A stretch of DNA of 64,000 bases from Candidatus Latescibacterota bacterium (GTDB lineage Bacteria; Latescibacterota; UBA2968; UBA8231). A model generated the notes under the pieces. The model saw only the letters and a program-made list of their open reading frames with translations, was not told the DNA's origin and made no database searches. This document shows positions 50,350 through 59,664 of the stretch, piece after piece (the first letter of the stretch is position 1; every line of letters starts with the position of its first letter). Position numbers and translations under genes: made by a program. Location of the stretch: assembly GCA_965206595.1 (NCBI GenBank), contig OZ242214.1:2592001-2656000 (forward strand), given 5' to 3'.

Positions 50350-51720
50350 ACTAGCCGGACCCTGCCCCGTTTCCACACCCCGTTCATCGAACCCAGCGGG
50401 CGGGTTTCCCGCACTGGGCTCTCGGACGAGATCATGCCTTCGCCCACGGAAAGCGGGTCGTGCGCGGTCCAAGGCGAGTCAGCCCGTGGTCTTGCCACAG
50501 GTACCGGTCCGGGAAGCGCACGTATTTCCCGCCTCCCACCTTGTGCTTACGACACAGCCACTGGCGCAACCGCCGGGTCGCGTGCCGGTCCACCGCGGCG
50601 TAGGCCGGGCTCACTTGGCCCAGGATGAAGTAGTTCGCCCACCCGGTCATGAGCCGGTTGAGGCGACCTACCACCACCTCCGGGGCCAGCAGTCCGGATC
50701 CCCGCGCGGTCAGCTCGCTGAGCCGGCGGCAGAGGCTTCGGACGCTCGCCGCGCTCGGGCGCGTGCCCAAGTAGGCCCGACCCGTGTCCCGGCGATAGAT
50801 GCGTCCGATCCGGTAGCCGAGGAACTCCATCGCCTCCTCCGGCACCCGGTAGCATCGGGTTTTCTCGGTGTTTATCGGCAGTCTCAGTTGCGCCATGAGC
50901 CGCTCGACCGCCGCCCGCATCGTGGCGGACGGGGCTTGGCCGAGCGCCCGGACGTCATCGGCGTACACGACGATCTCCGTCTGGAAGCGCCGGGCATAGC
51001 CCCGCACCTTCCAGCCGAGAATGAAGCGACGCAGGTAGATGTTGCTGAGCAGCGGAAAGATCGGCGCCCCCTGCGGGGTCCCTTGGCGCTCTCGACGCGC
51101 CCGGTTCGTGCGGCGGGTGCCGCCTTCCCCGTCGTCTTCCTCTACCGCCATCTCCAACCACGCCTTGATCCAGCCCAGCAGGCGCCCGTCGCTGAGGCGG
51201 CGGGCCAGGGACTTCATCAATTCCGCGTGGGGGATCTGGCCGAAGTAGTCCGACAGATCCGCGTCGACCACCTCCCGGTGGCCCGTGTTCAGCAGCCGAT
51301 GCACGCGCTGAACGGCGTCCAGCGCGCTGCGGCCCGGTCGATAGGCATACTGTCCGGGGGCAGGTCCGCTTCGAAAATCGGCGACAACACCATCATCGGC
51401 GCCGTCTGCGCTACCCGATCCCGGAGACAAGGGATGCCCAAGGGCCGGTACTTCCCACGTTGCTTCTTCGGAATCAGGACCTGCCGTACCGCCTGCGGCC
51501 GGTAGGTCCCTTCCTTCAGGTCCCGCGCCCGTTCCCCAAGCCACCGCTCCACTCCGTACGACTCGACGTCCGCTACCGTCTTGCCGTCCACCCGGCGGCG
51601 CCGCCATTACCGCGGACCTCCTGCCAGGCGACGGCCAGTACATCGGCGCGCCACACCTTGTCGCACAGCGAGTAGAATCGGAAGCCGGGAGCTTCCTTCG
51701 CTTTGGCATGTAGCGTCGTC
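50350..51720 (-). mobile_element. Degenerate group II intron (frameshifted RT/maturase; domain V intact)
   Basis: RPLGIP..RDRVAQ, VDADLSDYF, GTPQG, YADD; domain V GAGAGCCCAGTGCGGGAAACCCGCCCGCTGGGTTCG just after the stop; 5' ribozyme absent. Confidence 0.88.
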
Positions 51721-52330
51721 TGGAAGCGTGATAGCCGGCGTAGTCCATTTTATCCCGGTTGTTGCGGGCGTAGCCCAGTTCGGTGGTCGCCTGGGGATGG
51801 CGCGGTTGACCAGGTCGGGAGACTATGAGACAGATCGTTCGACACCTCGACATACTTCGGACCCTGCAAGCCCAGCGCCACGGTATGAATTTGGAGGAGG
51901 TCGGGTTTCTGCTCGACCAAACCCGGCGGGACGACCAGCACGTCTACTACCAGCTACAGAAAGAGGCGGGGATGCCGCTGAACTTTCCTGTCATGGTCGC
52001 GTCGATGCGCCCACGATGACATCGCCACTTCCACCAGTTGCGGCGCACGTTCAGGACCGACTTCATCGTCAAGCGCAACCTGCGCCCCCCAAATCGAAGT
52101 AGACCTGGCTCGAGGAGCTAACGACCACAAAGGAGCTTACCTGCCTTGACAGAGGGCTAAGAAGGTGCCTCCTTTCCCCAATATACCGGTCGGGTCTAAA
52201 GGGCTTCGGTCAAGCCGGGAACGCCGATGCAGGCTTGGAAGCTTTGTTGCAGGTGTGGGCGATACGGCCGTTTACGTCGCGGCGATCTAGGCGGACGACC
52301 TCGCCGCCGCCAGCGTAGGATCATGCTCTT

Positions 52331-52526
52331 ATGAACTGGTGTCAGCTACTGAACTCCTTACGACGCCGACAGACGACAATTTCGAGCGGTCCCCGCAGTG
52401 AATTCCAACGAGACTTCGACCGCTCGGTCTTTTCGACGCCAGTAAAGCGCCTGCAGGACAAGGCTCAAGTCTTCCCGCTGGAGGCGCACGACGCAGTGCG
52501 CACTCGCCTGACCCATTCGCTCGAGC
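52331..52526 (+). pseudogene. dgt: dGTP triphosphohydrolase (HD family), 5' fragment
   Basis: RSEFQRDFDR..FS..KRLQDKAQVFP..VRTRLTHSLE, then IS3 sequence. Confidence 0.85.
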
Positions 52527-53141
52527 ATCAATCGGGCGATGCGCTTGGGACTGACGCCGGGCCCCTCCTCGGCCAGTTCGACCCGTATCCTAGGCGCCCC
52601 GTAGGTGCCCCGAGAGCGTGGGTGGATCTGCTCGACGCGCCCCTTGAGCACGGCATCGGCTCGGGTGCCCGACGGCGGGCGTTTCAACCAAGCGTAGTAG
52701 CCGCTGGGGAGACCTTCAGCACGCGGAACATCGTCAGCACCGGAAAGGGGCTTGGTGCGCTCTCAGGAACTCGTAGACTGGCCGGACCCCGAGTCGGCCT
52801 CGGGAGCGAACCACGCCGTGGCTTTTGCCAAGATCTCCCGTTCTATACGCAGTTGCTTGTTCTCACGGGGAAGGCGCCGCAACTTCTCCTGCTCCGTACT
52901 GGAGGGCCCGTCGCGGCGCACCCCCTCGTCGCGTTCGGCCTAGATCACCCAGTTCCGGATCGTCTGCCCGGACGGCTCGAATTCCTTGGCCAGCGCTTCC
53001 GGGCTATACGACCCACTCGTACGAGTTCCACCATCTGTTGCCGGGTTTCCGGTGGATACGGACCATGTGGTTTCGACATGATTGGACACCCTCCTTTCCC
53101 TCTCCAAGAAATGAAGTGTCCACGAAATCGGGTCAACTCCA
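52527..53141 (-). mobile_element. IS3-family element remnant
   Basis: IRL TGGAGTTGACCCGATTTCGTGGACAC; orfA YPPETRQQMVELVR..LAKEFEPS.QTIRNW; orfB SRGTYGAPRI. Confidence 0.8.
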
Positions 53142-53163
53142 GGTAGTATGAAAAGGCTGACGC

Positions 53164-53502
53164 TTGGAACTCGCTTTCGAATCAAGGCAGCTCCGTTTGA
53201 TCTGTGAGAACGAAGCTTTTGCTAAGGAGCATCTTGGACTTGAGGTCGCTGCAGTTCTCAAACATCGCTTAGCGGACCTACGTGCTGCTAGTTCCATTGC
53301 TGACCTTATGGTGGGAAATCCTCGTCGACTTGCAACTGGAGCCCACAACTATTTGGCAGTGGACCTATGCCAAGGGTATCACATCCGTCTCACTCCGAAT
53401 CACCCCAAGAATCCGGTAAGCGTTACGGATGACCTTGACTGGAAAAAGGTTACCCGGATCAGGATAACTCACATACAGAGAGGGGATCATGACCAATCCT
53501 GA
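53164..53502 (+). CDS. HigB/RelE-like toxin
   Basis: MELAFESRQLR..CE...G..VA..LKHRLADLRAA; overlaps the downstream HTH gene. Confidence 0.7.
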   Translation: MELAFESRQLRLICENEAFAKEHLGLEVAAVLKHRLADLRAASSIADLMVGNPRRLATGAHNYLAVDLCQGYHIRLTPNHPKNPVSVTDDLDWKKVTRIRITHIQRGDHDQS

Positions 53503-54604
53503 AGGATTCCGGCCTGATTGGATCTCTGCACCAGGGGATACCATTTTAGACATTCTGGAGGATCGGGAGATTTCACAGGAATCGTTTGGGAAGAGTATGG
53601 GCATCTCTAATTTGGAGACAAATTACCTTCTCAGCGGCCGCTCTACGGTAACAATGGCGATTGCTCGTCGGCTCACGAGAATACTCGGAGCTTCTGTAGA
53701 ATTCTGGATTACCCGCGATTTCCAATTTCGGCAAGATGCCAAACCCATAGAGGATGAGGAAGAAAATTGGCTTCGGCAACTTCCAGTGGGAGACATGATC
53801 AAGTTTGGATGGCTAGAACCGCCACCTCATCCATCAGAAGAATTCGAGGCGTGCAAAGCATTCTTCGCGGTGTCTAGTGTCCGTGAATGGCACCAGTATT
53901 ATGGAAGCCCCAGAGAAATGGCGTCCTATAGATCTTCGCCTTCCTTTGAGTCGCACCAAGGAGCGTTGGCAGCTTGGCTTAGGCAAGGCGAAATCCTGGC
54001 TACCAAGATTAACTGCCAGAAGTGGCACGCGGATAGATTCCAGAAGTCCTTAGCCAGAATTCGTGTGCTTACGCGCCAAAAAGACCCGAGTCGGTTTGTC
54101 CCACAGTTGCAGGAAGCGTGTTCGGAAAATGGAGTAGCCACGGTAATCGTTAGGTCGCCCAGTGGTTGCCGGGCAAGTGGTGCTACCAGATTCTTATCTC
54201 GAAACAAAGCTATTCTCCAACTCAGTTTTCGTTACCTAACGGACGATCAATTCTGGTTTACTTTTTTTCACGAGGCAGGTCATCTCCTGCTGCACGGGGA
54301 GAGGCGGTTCTTCTCAGCAACACTAGGAGACGAGAAACCTTGGATCTTAGAAGGTTTCGAGATGCCAGTCGCTGCGGGAGAAGAAGAAGAAGAAGAAGCA
54401 AATCAATTTGCCGCCGACAATTTAATTCCTTCGGAATTCCAGAGAAACCTTCTCTCGCTTCCTCCCGAGTCGAAAACAGTGCTCCGATTTGCCCGTCGCG
54501 TGGGGGTATCCAGCGGAATCATAGTAGGACAATTGCAGCATCACGGCCGAATCGGCTACGACCAGATGAACAGGCTCAAGCGGCGATTTGTATGGCAGGA
54601 TTGA
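53489..54604 (+). CDS. HigA-like XRE HTH fused to an ImmA/IrrE metallopeptidase
   Basis: SAPGDTI.D.LE, ASVEFW; AAWLRQGE, FWFTFFHEAGH, EEEANQFAA. Confidence 0.9.
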   Translation: MTNPEGFRPDWISAPGDTILDILEDREISQESFGKSMGISNLETNYLLSGRSTVTMAIARRLTRILGASVEFWITRDFQFRQDAKPIEDEEENWLRQLPVGDMIKFGWLEPPPHPSEEFEACKAFFAVSSVREWHQYYGSPREMASYRSSPSFESHQGALAAWLRQGEILATKINCQKWHADRFQKSLARIRVLTRQKDPSRFVPQLQEACSENGVATVIVRSPSGCRASGATRFLSRNKAILQLSFRYLTDDQFWFTFFHEAGHLLLHGERRFFSATLGDEKPWILEGFEMPVAAGEEEEEEANQFAADNLIPSEFQRNLLSLPPESKTVLRFARRVGVSSGIIVGQLQHHGRIGYDQMNRLKRRFVWQD

Positions 54605-54605
54605 A

Positions 54606-55532
54606 CTAGCTGCGGAAGGGGATGAATCTGTGAGGGCTCTTCTGCCAGTTACAGAGAGCGTCCTCCAAGACCTGCATCCCGAGATTCAACTCGGACCCTA
54701 ATTCGACCAGCCACTGGTTGATTTGGGCTGGTGTTGCAGGGGTTCCGAACAAGAGACGGGCGCCCCGGATCGGGCCAGTCGAATTCTGAATGTACGGGGA
54801 GTCCGCCTCAACATTGGCTAGTCCTAACTTGCCTAACATGGTCAAATAGTCGAATCGAGCGGTCCTACCGAAACTAGCGATTTGCTCCATGCTGTGGTAA
54901 AGCTCACGGAAGGCCACCCGTGGAGACCCACGGGCATTCTGGAGGACTTGGTTCATTAGTCCCTCGTGGGTTCTGGGAGGCCCAACCCACTGAACATATG
55001 TTTGAACGGCGGCGCCAGTTCCGGTGGGGGAGTATGCATCGAGGCTTTGATACTTTCGATGGTTGCCAAACCCACCGGAGATTCTCAATGCATCTTGGTG
55101 GGAGGCTAACCACGCTCGAAAGCGGGCTGGATCGGCACTTGTGGTAGCCCAATCCCATCTGTGAGGTCCCCCAAGAGCGCCGTATACTTCGCGCGCATAC
55201 CGCCAGCCGCCTCGTTTATGTTTTCCGAAATGGACGAGGAAAAACACCATCCAGAAGGCTTCCTCCGTTTGGCCTTGGCGGTGAAAAACGATTGCGGCCC
55301 TCAGAGGGTCAAAATAGCCAGGATTAGAGGGTTCTGAACGACGTTGGGAAATGTCCCTTGTTCTGAGGACCGACACGAATCGGACGCGCCTTGTGCTCTC
55401 GATGACCTGGGCGACAAAGGATTCACGATGCGCGAGGTCTGCCAAGCCTAGAAGTTGGCGGCTATGCCGGTGAAACGCAGCTAACTGGTGGGAAAGTCGC
55501 TGCGCTGCGTGGCGGTCACGGGGCCTAATCAT
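54606..55532 (-). CDS. aGPT-Pplase clade 3-like protein (HhH-glycosylase-related)
   Basis: FDPLRAA, EAFW.VF..HFG, FGNHRKYQSL, FGRTARFDYL.MLG, TGP.RGARLLFG, EDALCNWQKSP. Confidence 0.75.
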   Translation of the reverse strand: MIRPRDRHAAQRLSHQLAAFHRHSRQLLGLADLAHRESFVAQVIESTRRVRFVSVLRTRDISQRRSEPSNPGYFDPLRAAIVFHRQGQTEEAFWMVFFLVHFGKHKRGGWRYAREVYGALGGPHRWDWATTSADPARFRAWLASHQDALRISGGFGNHRKYQSLDAYSPTGTGAAVQTYVQWVGPPRTHEGLMNQVLQNARGSPRVAFRELYHSMEQIASFGRTARFDYLTMLGKLGLANVEADSPYIQNSTGPIRGARLLFGTPATPAQINQWLVELGSELNLGMQVLEDALCNWQKSPHRFIPFRS

Positions 55533-56356
55533 TCCCTTTCCTCGATCATCCGGGCGATCCAATCGCCGATTGCGAGAATGACCTCCTTTGTGACGCCAAA
55601 ACTGCTCTGAAGGTTATGGTTAAAGCCGAGAATAGAAAGATCGCGGTCAAGGGGAACCCCGCAAACGTCACTTATAACGCCTGTATAAGCGATACCTTTC
55701 ACCTTGTGACCTGAAGCTCTTCCTAAAAACCAATCTGGGACGACTTCTGCTGTCAGGCAAGACCCCGAAAGAGATTGGAAACCCCTTACGACGGAAGTGC
55801 CATTTAGGATTAGAGTCCGAACCGAGGAATCCCGAAGAATAGTAGCCAGGGTGTCTCCAGCTAGGGTAAGGAGTAGGGAGCGCTGTTGGTTAGGGAGATC
55901 CGCCCATTTGCTTAGTGTTGCATAGGGTACTAGATCTAGATGGCAAGCGTTAAATAGAGGTGGATAGTAGGAGACTCTAGCACCCCTAAGTATTGAGTCC
56001 AGCTTTTTGAACCAGACATCATAAGGATTGGAGGCAAAATAAGATCGGTAAGACTCAAGAATCGATTCAAGATGCCTAGCGTCGGCATCAGCCCAAGTCT
56101 GTAACCCCAGGGAGGCAAGGGTTGGAAATCTGCGGAGTTCTCCCTTCAACTCATTACCTGAGGCATCCATGAATTCCCGGGAACTAGGATTAATACCTAT
56201 AGTTGCTAGCTGGGGAGTGGACAAATCTCCGAAGGAAATAACCGGACAACTCCAAGGTATGATGCCGGCCTGAGTAGTCGTAGGCCTGTCGAGGTAATCT
56301 ATCAACTTGGCTGCGGCCGAAAGCACCCCATGAGGAGTCCGCCTAGGGGAGATCAT
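55529..56356 (-). CDS. Uracil-DNA-glycosylase-like superfamily protein (putative)
   Basis: PVISFGD..ATIGINPSSREF (motif A-like), HLDLVPYAT..W, LILNG, NHNLQSS. Confidence 0.55.
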   Translation of the reverse strand: MISPRRTPHGVLSAAAKLIDYLDRPTTTQAGIIPWSCPVISFGDLSTPQLATIGINPSSREFMDASGNELKGELRRFPTLASLGLQTWADADARHLESILESYRSYFASNPYDVWFKKLDSILRGARVSYYPPLFNACHLDLVPYATLSKWADLPNQQRSLLLTLAGDTLATILRDSSVRTLILNGTSVVRGFQSLSGSCLTAEVVPDWFLGRASGHKVKGIAYTGVISDVCGVPLDRDLSILGFNHNLQSSFGVTKEVILAIGDWIARMIEERE

Positions 56357-57084
56357 GTTAAGCGATTCATGTTAAGCGGTTATGGAGTCTGGTAATGTAA
56401 GGGTGGTAGACCTCTGAAGACATTTCCCCTTTTAGGTGTGAAATCTTCTTAAGATTATGGTCTTTGTAAGCTCGAAAGACCAAGAGCAGCCTAATGAGAT
56501 CGGACCAGTAAGAGGGTATAGTGTCAAGGGTGTTTGAGTCAAATTGCCCTTTAATCCTGATAGCGCGTTCTGCGGCGAGCACGAGGTCAATTGCTGCCTG
56601 GGGGTTTCCTTCGGGCATAGGCTCCATCACGTTCTGGGTAGGTTGCCAGCCCTCTTGGAGGAACCTTGTGGCCATTTCCTCATTTTTTGTGTACAAGTGG
56701 AGACTGCCGACCATGTGTTTATATCTCCCGAGGTTTGCAGAGAGAGTGCGGGCGATGATTTCCTGGATCATGGTAAAACAGAAAATGTCGTGAGGTAAAC
56801 CAACGTAAGCGTCGTTAGACCTCATGTGGGTAATCATCTGAAGGTGGTTGCGTCGGAGCATGAATTGGAGAGTACAGGTACACGGAACGTCCTTGTGTGG
56901 TACCAAAAGGTCATTTGCATCGAACAATTGAACTACCGCTTGTCGGGATTGGGGTTTCCGACGAAGAATAGTAACTACATTCTCAAACTGATTGAGCCCG
57001 CGCCAGTTGAATAGTCTTGGGCCGTAGCCACCAAAGAGCGTGGTTCCTTCTGCGTGCAATTTATAATCGGGGATGTAGTAGGAT

Positions 57085-58944
57085 CCTTTGTTATTCATTC
57101 AACCCGCGCATAAGCGGACATAGGCGCTTCCGAGACCCCTTTGCTTAGCCTCAGAGGCTTGCGTCCCTTCTATAGTCGGCTTTTTGGGTAGAGCCGTCTC
57201 CTTATCTCTACCGACCTTGTTGAAATTGTACGCGCCTTCTCGAAGACGCTTGCCTTTGCGAGCCCATCATCCCGACCGACCCGGCCTGCGCTTACGCCAT
57301 CGCCGCGTCCACCGGTTTGAGCGTGGCCAGAAATCTCCACAGACGATCCCAGGCAGCCGCCGTCCCTTGGGTCAGGATGACGCCCACCCTGCGCCCATGC
57401 AAGGTGACGCGGGACGGCAGGCGCAGGTAGCGCCGTCGAAAACTGTCCAGGCTCAGGGCCGTCGTCGAGCGTCCGTATGTGCGGGGCCGCCCGCGTCGGG
57501 CCTCGGCGCGTTCGGCGGCCTGGCGGCCCAGGTGAAGCAGGTTGTAGGCCAGCAGGTTCAAGGTCAGAAGCGCCTGGTTGGCAGCGAAGGCATCCCGGGA
57601 CGGGGTGCGCTGACGCGGCTCTCGACCCCGGTAGTGTTGCTTGCGACGGGTGGTAGAGGAGAGCTGAGGCTGGAGGGTGGAGCTCAACTCGCCGAGCATG
57701 CGCTCGAAAAGGCCGCGCTGACGATAAAAGGCGACCAGGTCGCGGCCGCTCATCGTCTGGGGACTCTGGTCGGTGATCAGGAAGAAGTGGCGGGCGATGG
57801 GCAGCTCTTCCGTCTCGGAAGGGACCAGGACCAACACCACCCGCCGGGGCTGCGCCCAGGACCTGGCTTGATAGCGCAGCTCGCGACAGCGAAAACCCTC
57901 TTCCCGCAGCTCTTCCGGGTGCTGCGCCAGCTCCTGCTGATAGCCTTCCACCCAGGCACGAGCCAGCTCCTCCAGGCGCGCATTCTTCTTGATGCGCGCC
58001 ACGTACGAGGTGTCGGCCCGCGCTTCCAGCTCACTCAGGAAAGACCCGCTCACCGAGGCCGCGTCGAAGCGCAGGATGAGGCGCCGGGCCAGATGCGACT
58101 GAATCCAGTCCAAGCGCTTGCCGAGAGCCTCTGAGGCGCCCTCATGGGCGTGCACGTTGCCCGGCCGCAGCACGGCACCGAAGAAATCGCCCGTCTGCGC
58201 CGAGCCGAGGAGCAGGGGATGGTACCCCGAGGCGTGGAAGTAGCCGTTGTATTCGACCCCCGCCTGGTGCCCGTGCGCCGGCATCGGCAGGGCATCCATG
58301 TCGACGGCCAACTCCTCGTATTTCATCCGTCCTTCCAGCAGCCGGCAACGAGACCGGGCGCTGCGCAGGACGGCTTCCTCCAACACCTCGCGGTTATAGG
58401 CAGTCGAGGCTTGCTCGAGCAGGCGCGACAGCGTCGGCTGACTGGCCAGTCCCTGCGGCCGGTCTTCGTCGCCGCTGCGCAACGGCGCCTGCCCTTTGCG
58501 ATCGCTGACCGCCAGACGCAGGATCGGATCTTGGCGCAACGCGTCGGCGTCGTCGGCGTGGGTCCAGCCCTGTGCCAGCAGCACGATCTGTGTGCGCAGC
58601 AGCTCCGGCAGCGGGTGCGTGATCTGGTCTTGGGTACGGAGATCCTCGAAGTGGGCGTCGACCCAATCCAGAACCCGGCTGTGTTCGAGCAGTTGACGCA
58701 ACATCAGCGCACCGGTGTCGCTGCCAAGGTGGGTGGGGCGGGCTTCGATGTGGATGGAGCGGTTGAAAGACGGCTGAATCGGCCCGGCTTGCTCGGACTC
58801 GGTGTGTGACGGTAATTCACCCATTGGGTGTCCTACTGTGTGATGGGTTCAAAGGGCGATACTGCCTTGTGTTTCCCTCTGAAATCTAAGCATGGGAGGC
58901 ACCCAGTACAGCCCTCTCCACTAAAATTCCATGAATAACAAGGG
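57085..58944 (-). mobile_element. IS1380-family insertion sequence (1860 bp)
   Basis: IRs CCTTTGTTATTCAT / ATGAATAACAAGGG; 5-bp TSD AGGAT (57080-57084, 58945-58949). Confidence 0.93.
57292..58824 (-). CDS. IS1380 transposase
   Basis: SDTGALMLR, LRQDP, LASQPTLSR, VDMDA, HGHQ..YNGY, LRPGNVH, RFDA, FYRQRG..E. Confidence 0.92.
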   Translation of the reverse strand: MGELPSHTESEQAGPIQPSFNRSIHIEARPTHLGSDTGALMLRQLLEHSRVLDWVDAHFEDLRTQDQITHPLPELLRTQIVLLAQGWTHADDADALRQDPILRLAVSDRKGQAPLRSGDEDRPQGLASQPTLSRLLEQASTAYNREVLEEAVLRSARSRCRLLEGRMKYEELAVDMDALPMPAHGHQAGVEYNGYFHASGYHPLLLGSAQTGDFFGAVLRPGNVHAHEGASEALGKRLDWIQSHLARRLILRFDAASVSGSFLSELEARADTSYVARIKKNARLEELARAWVEGYQQELAQHPEELREEGFRCRELRYQARSWAQPRRVVLVLVPSETEELPIARHFFLITDQSPQTMSGRDLVAFYRQRGLFERMLGELSSTLQPQLSSTTRRKQHYRGREPRQRTPSRDAFAANQALLTLNLLAYNLLHLGRQAAERAEARRGRPRTYGRSTTALSLDSFRRRYLRLPSRVTLHGRRVGVILTQGTAAAWDRLWRFLATLKPVDAAMA

Positions 58945-59664
58945 AGGATATGAAATCAAGTTCATTGGTGCCCGCCAAATACCATAGCAACTCACCCAAA
59001 CAACTGAAGGGTTTCCCTTTGGTCTCCGTCCGACTAATTCGGGCCAATGGATTTGAGATCTCAATGAGCGCGCCCGTTATTTCCTTCGCTTGGCCCTTGG
59101 TCGGTTCGATGAGTTCTCCGGATGACAGTAGCTCCTTAATGGCTAGCCGCATTACGTCGTCAAGAGTGTCGCCCGAGAAAGAGTGTGCGTCCATTTTGGC
59201 CCCTTTGGAGTGATCGGGGGTCTTTTTTGGACCGAGTCCGCTGGGCATTTACCACCGGGATAGGTTTGTGGTCAAAGGGCCAATCCTTGAGTACAAGGGA
59301 AGAGAAATTTCGTGACTACCGCTATGGGGATAGACACAAGGAGGAATCCAATGACGGACCCCGCGATTGATGCAATTAGAGGCTCTGATAACATCTCGGT
59401 CTTCTCCCTTTGGTTTAGTGGTGAGGTTGGAATGTTTCTCCGTGTTTGAGGTGAGATCCTTTGAATATAGCTCGGACTGGGGGTCGTCCCCCAAGTCTGT
59501 GGGGTCTGGGGTCTGTTGTTCCCGCTAACTCGGGCGGAGGGCGCACACTTCTCGCACTCGACGAAGCTACCACGCCAACCCCACCCCGCGCTGCCGCAGA
59601 TCCTCGCGGCGGCGCCCGTAATCCGGCATGATCCCCCCAAAGCGCCAATAACCGCATTTGGGCT

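Larger units (their letters stand above)
56367..59194 (-). pseudogene. Thymidylate-synthase-family protein (dCMP-modifying type) split by IS1380
   Basis: 5' part 59194-58945 (GELLWYLAG) and 3' part 57079-56367 (YGPR, SRQAV, PCT, RSND, GLPHD) rejoin in frame as ..DFISYYIP.., 320 aa. Confidence 0.88.

Noticed and set aside
50432-51853. RT as a retron, DGR or defence RT
   Set aside because: Group II intron RT motifs with domain V directly downstream; frameshifted; no TR/VR or msr-msd seen
52331-53146. 271-aa novel dGTPase fusion
   Set aside because: Readthrough into antisense IS3 sequence after THSLE
56367-57098. Housekeeping thyA
   Set aside because: IS-split, Asp at the specificity position, island context
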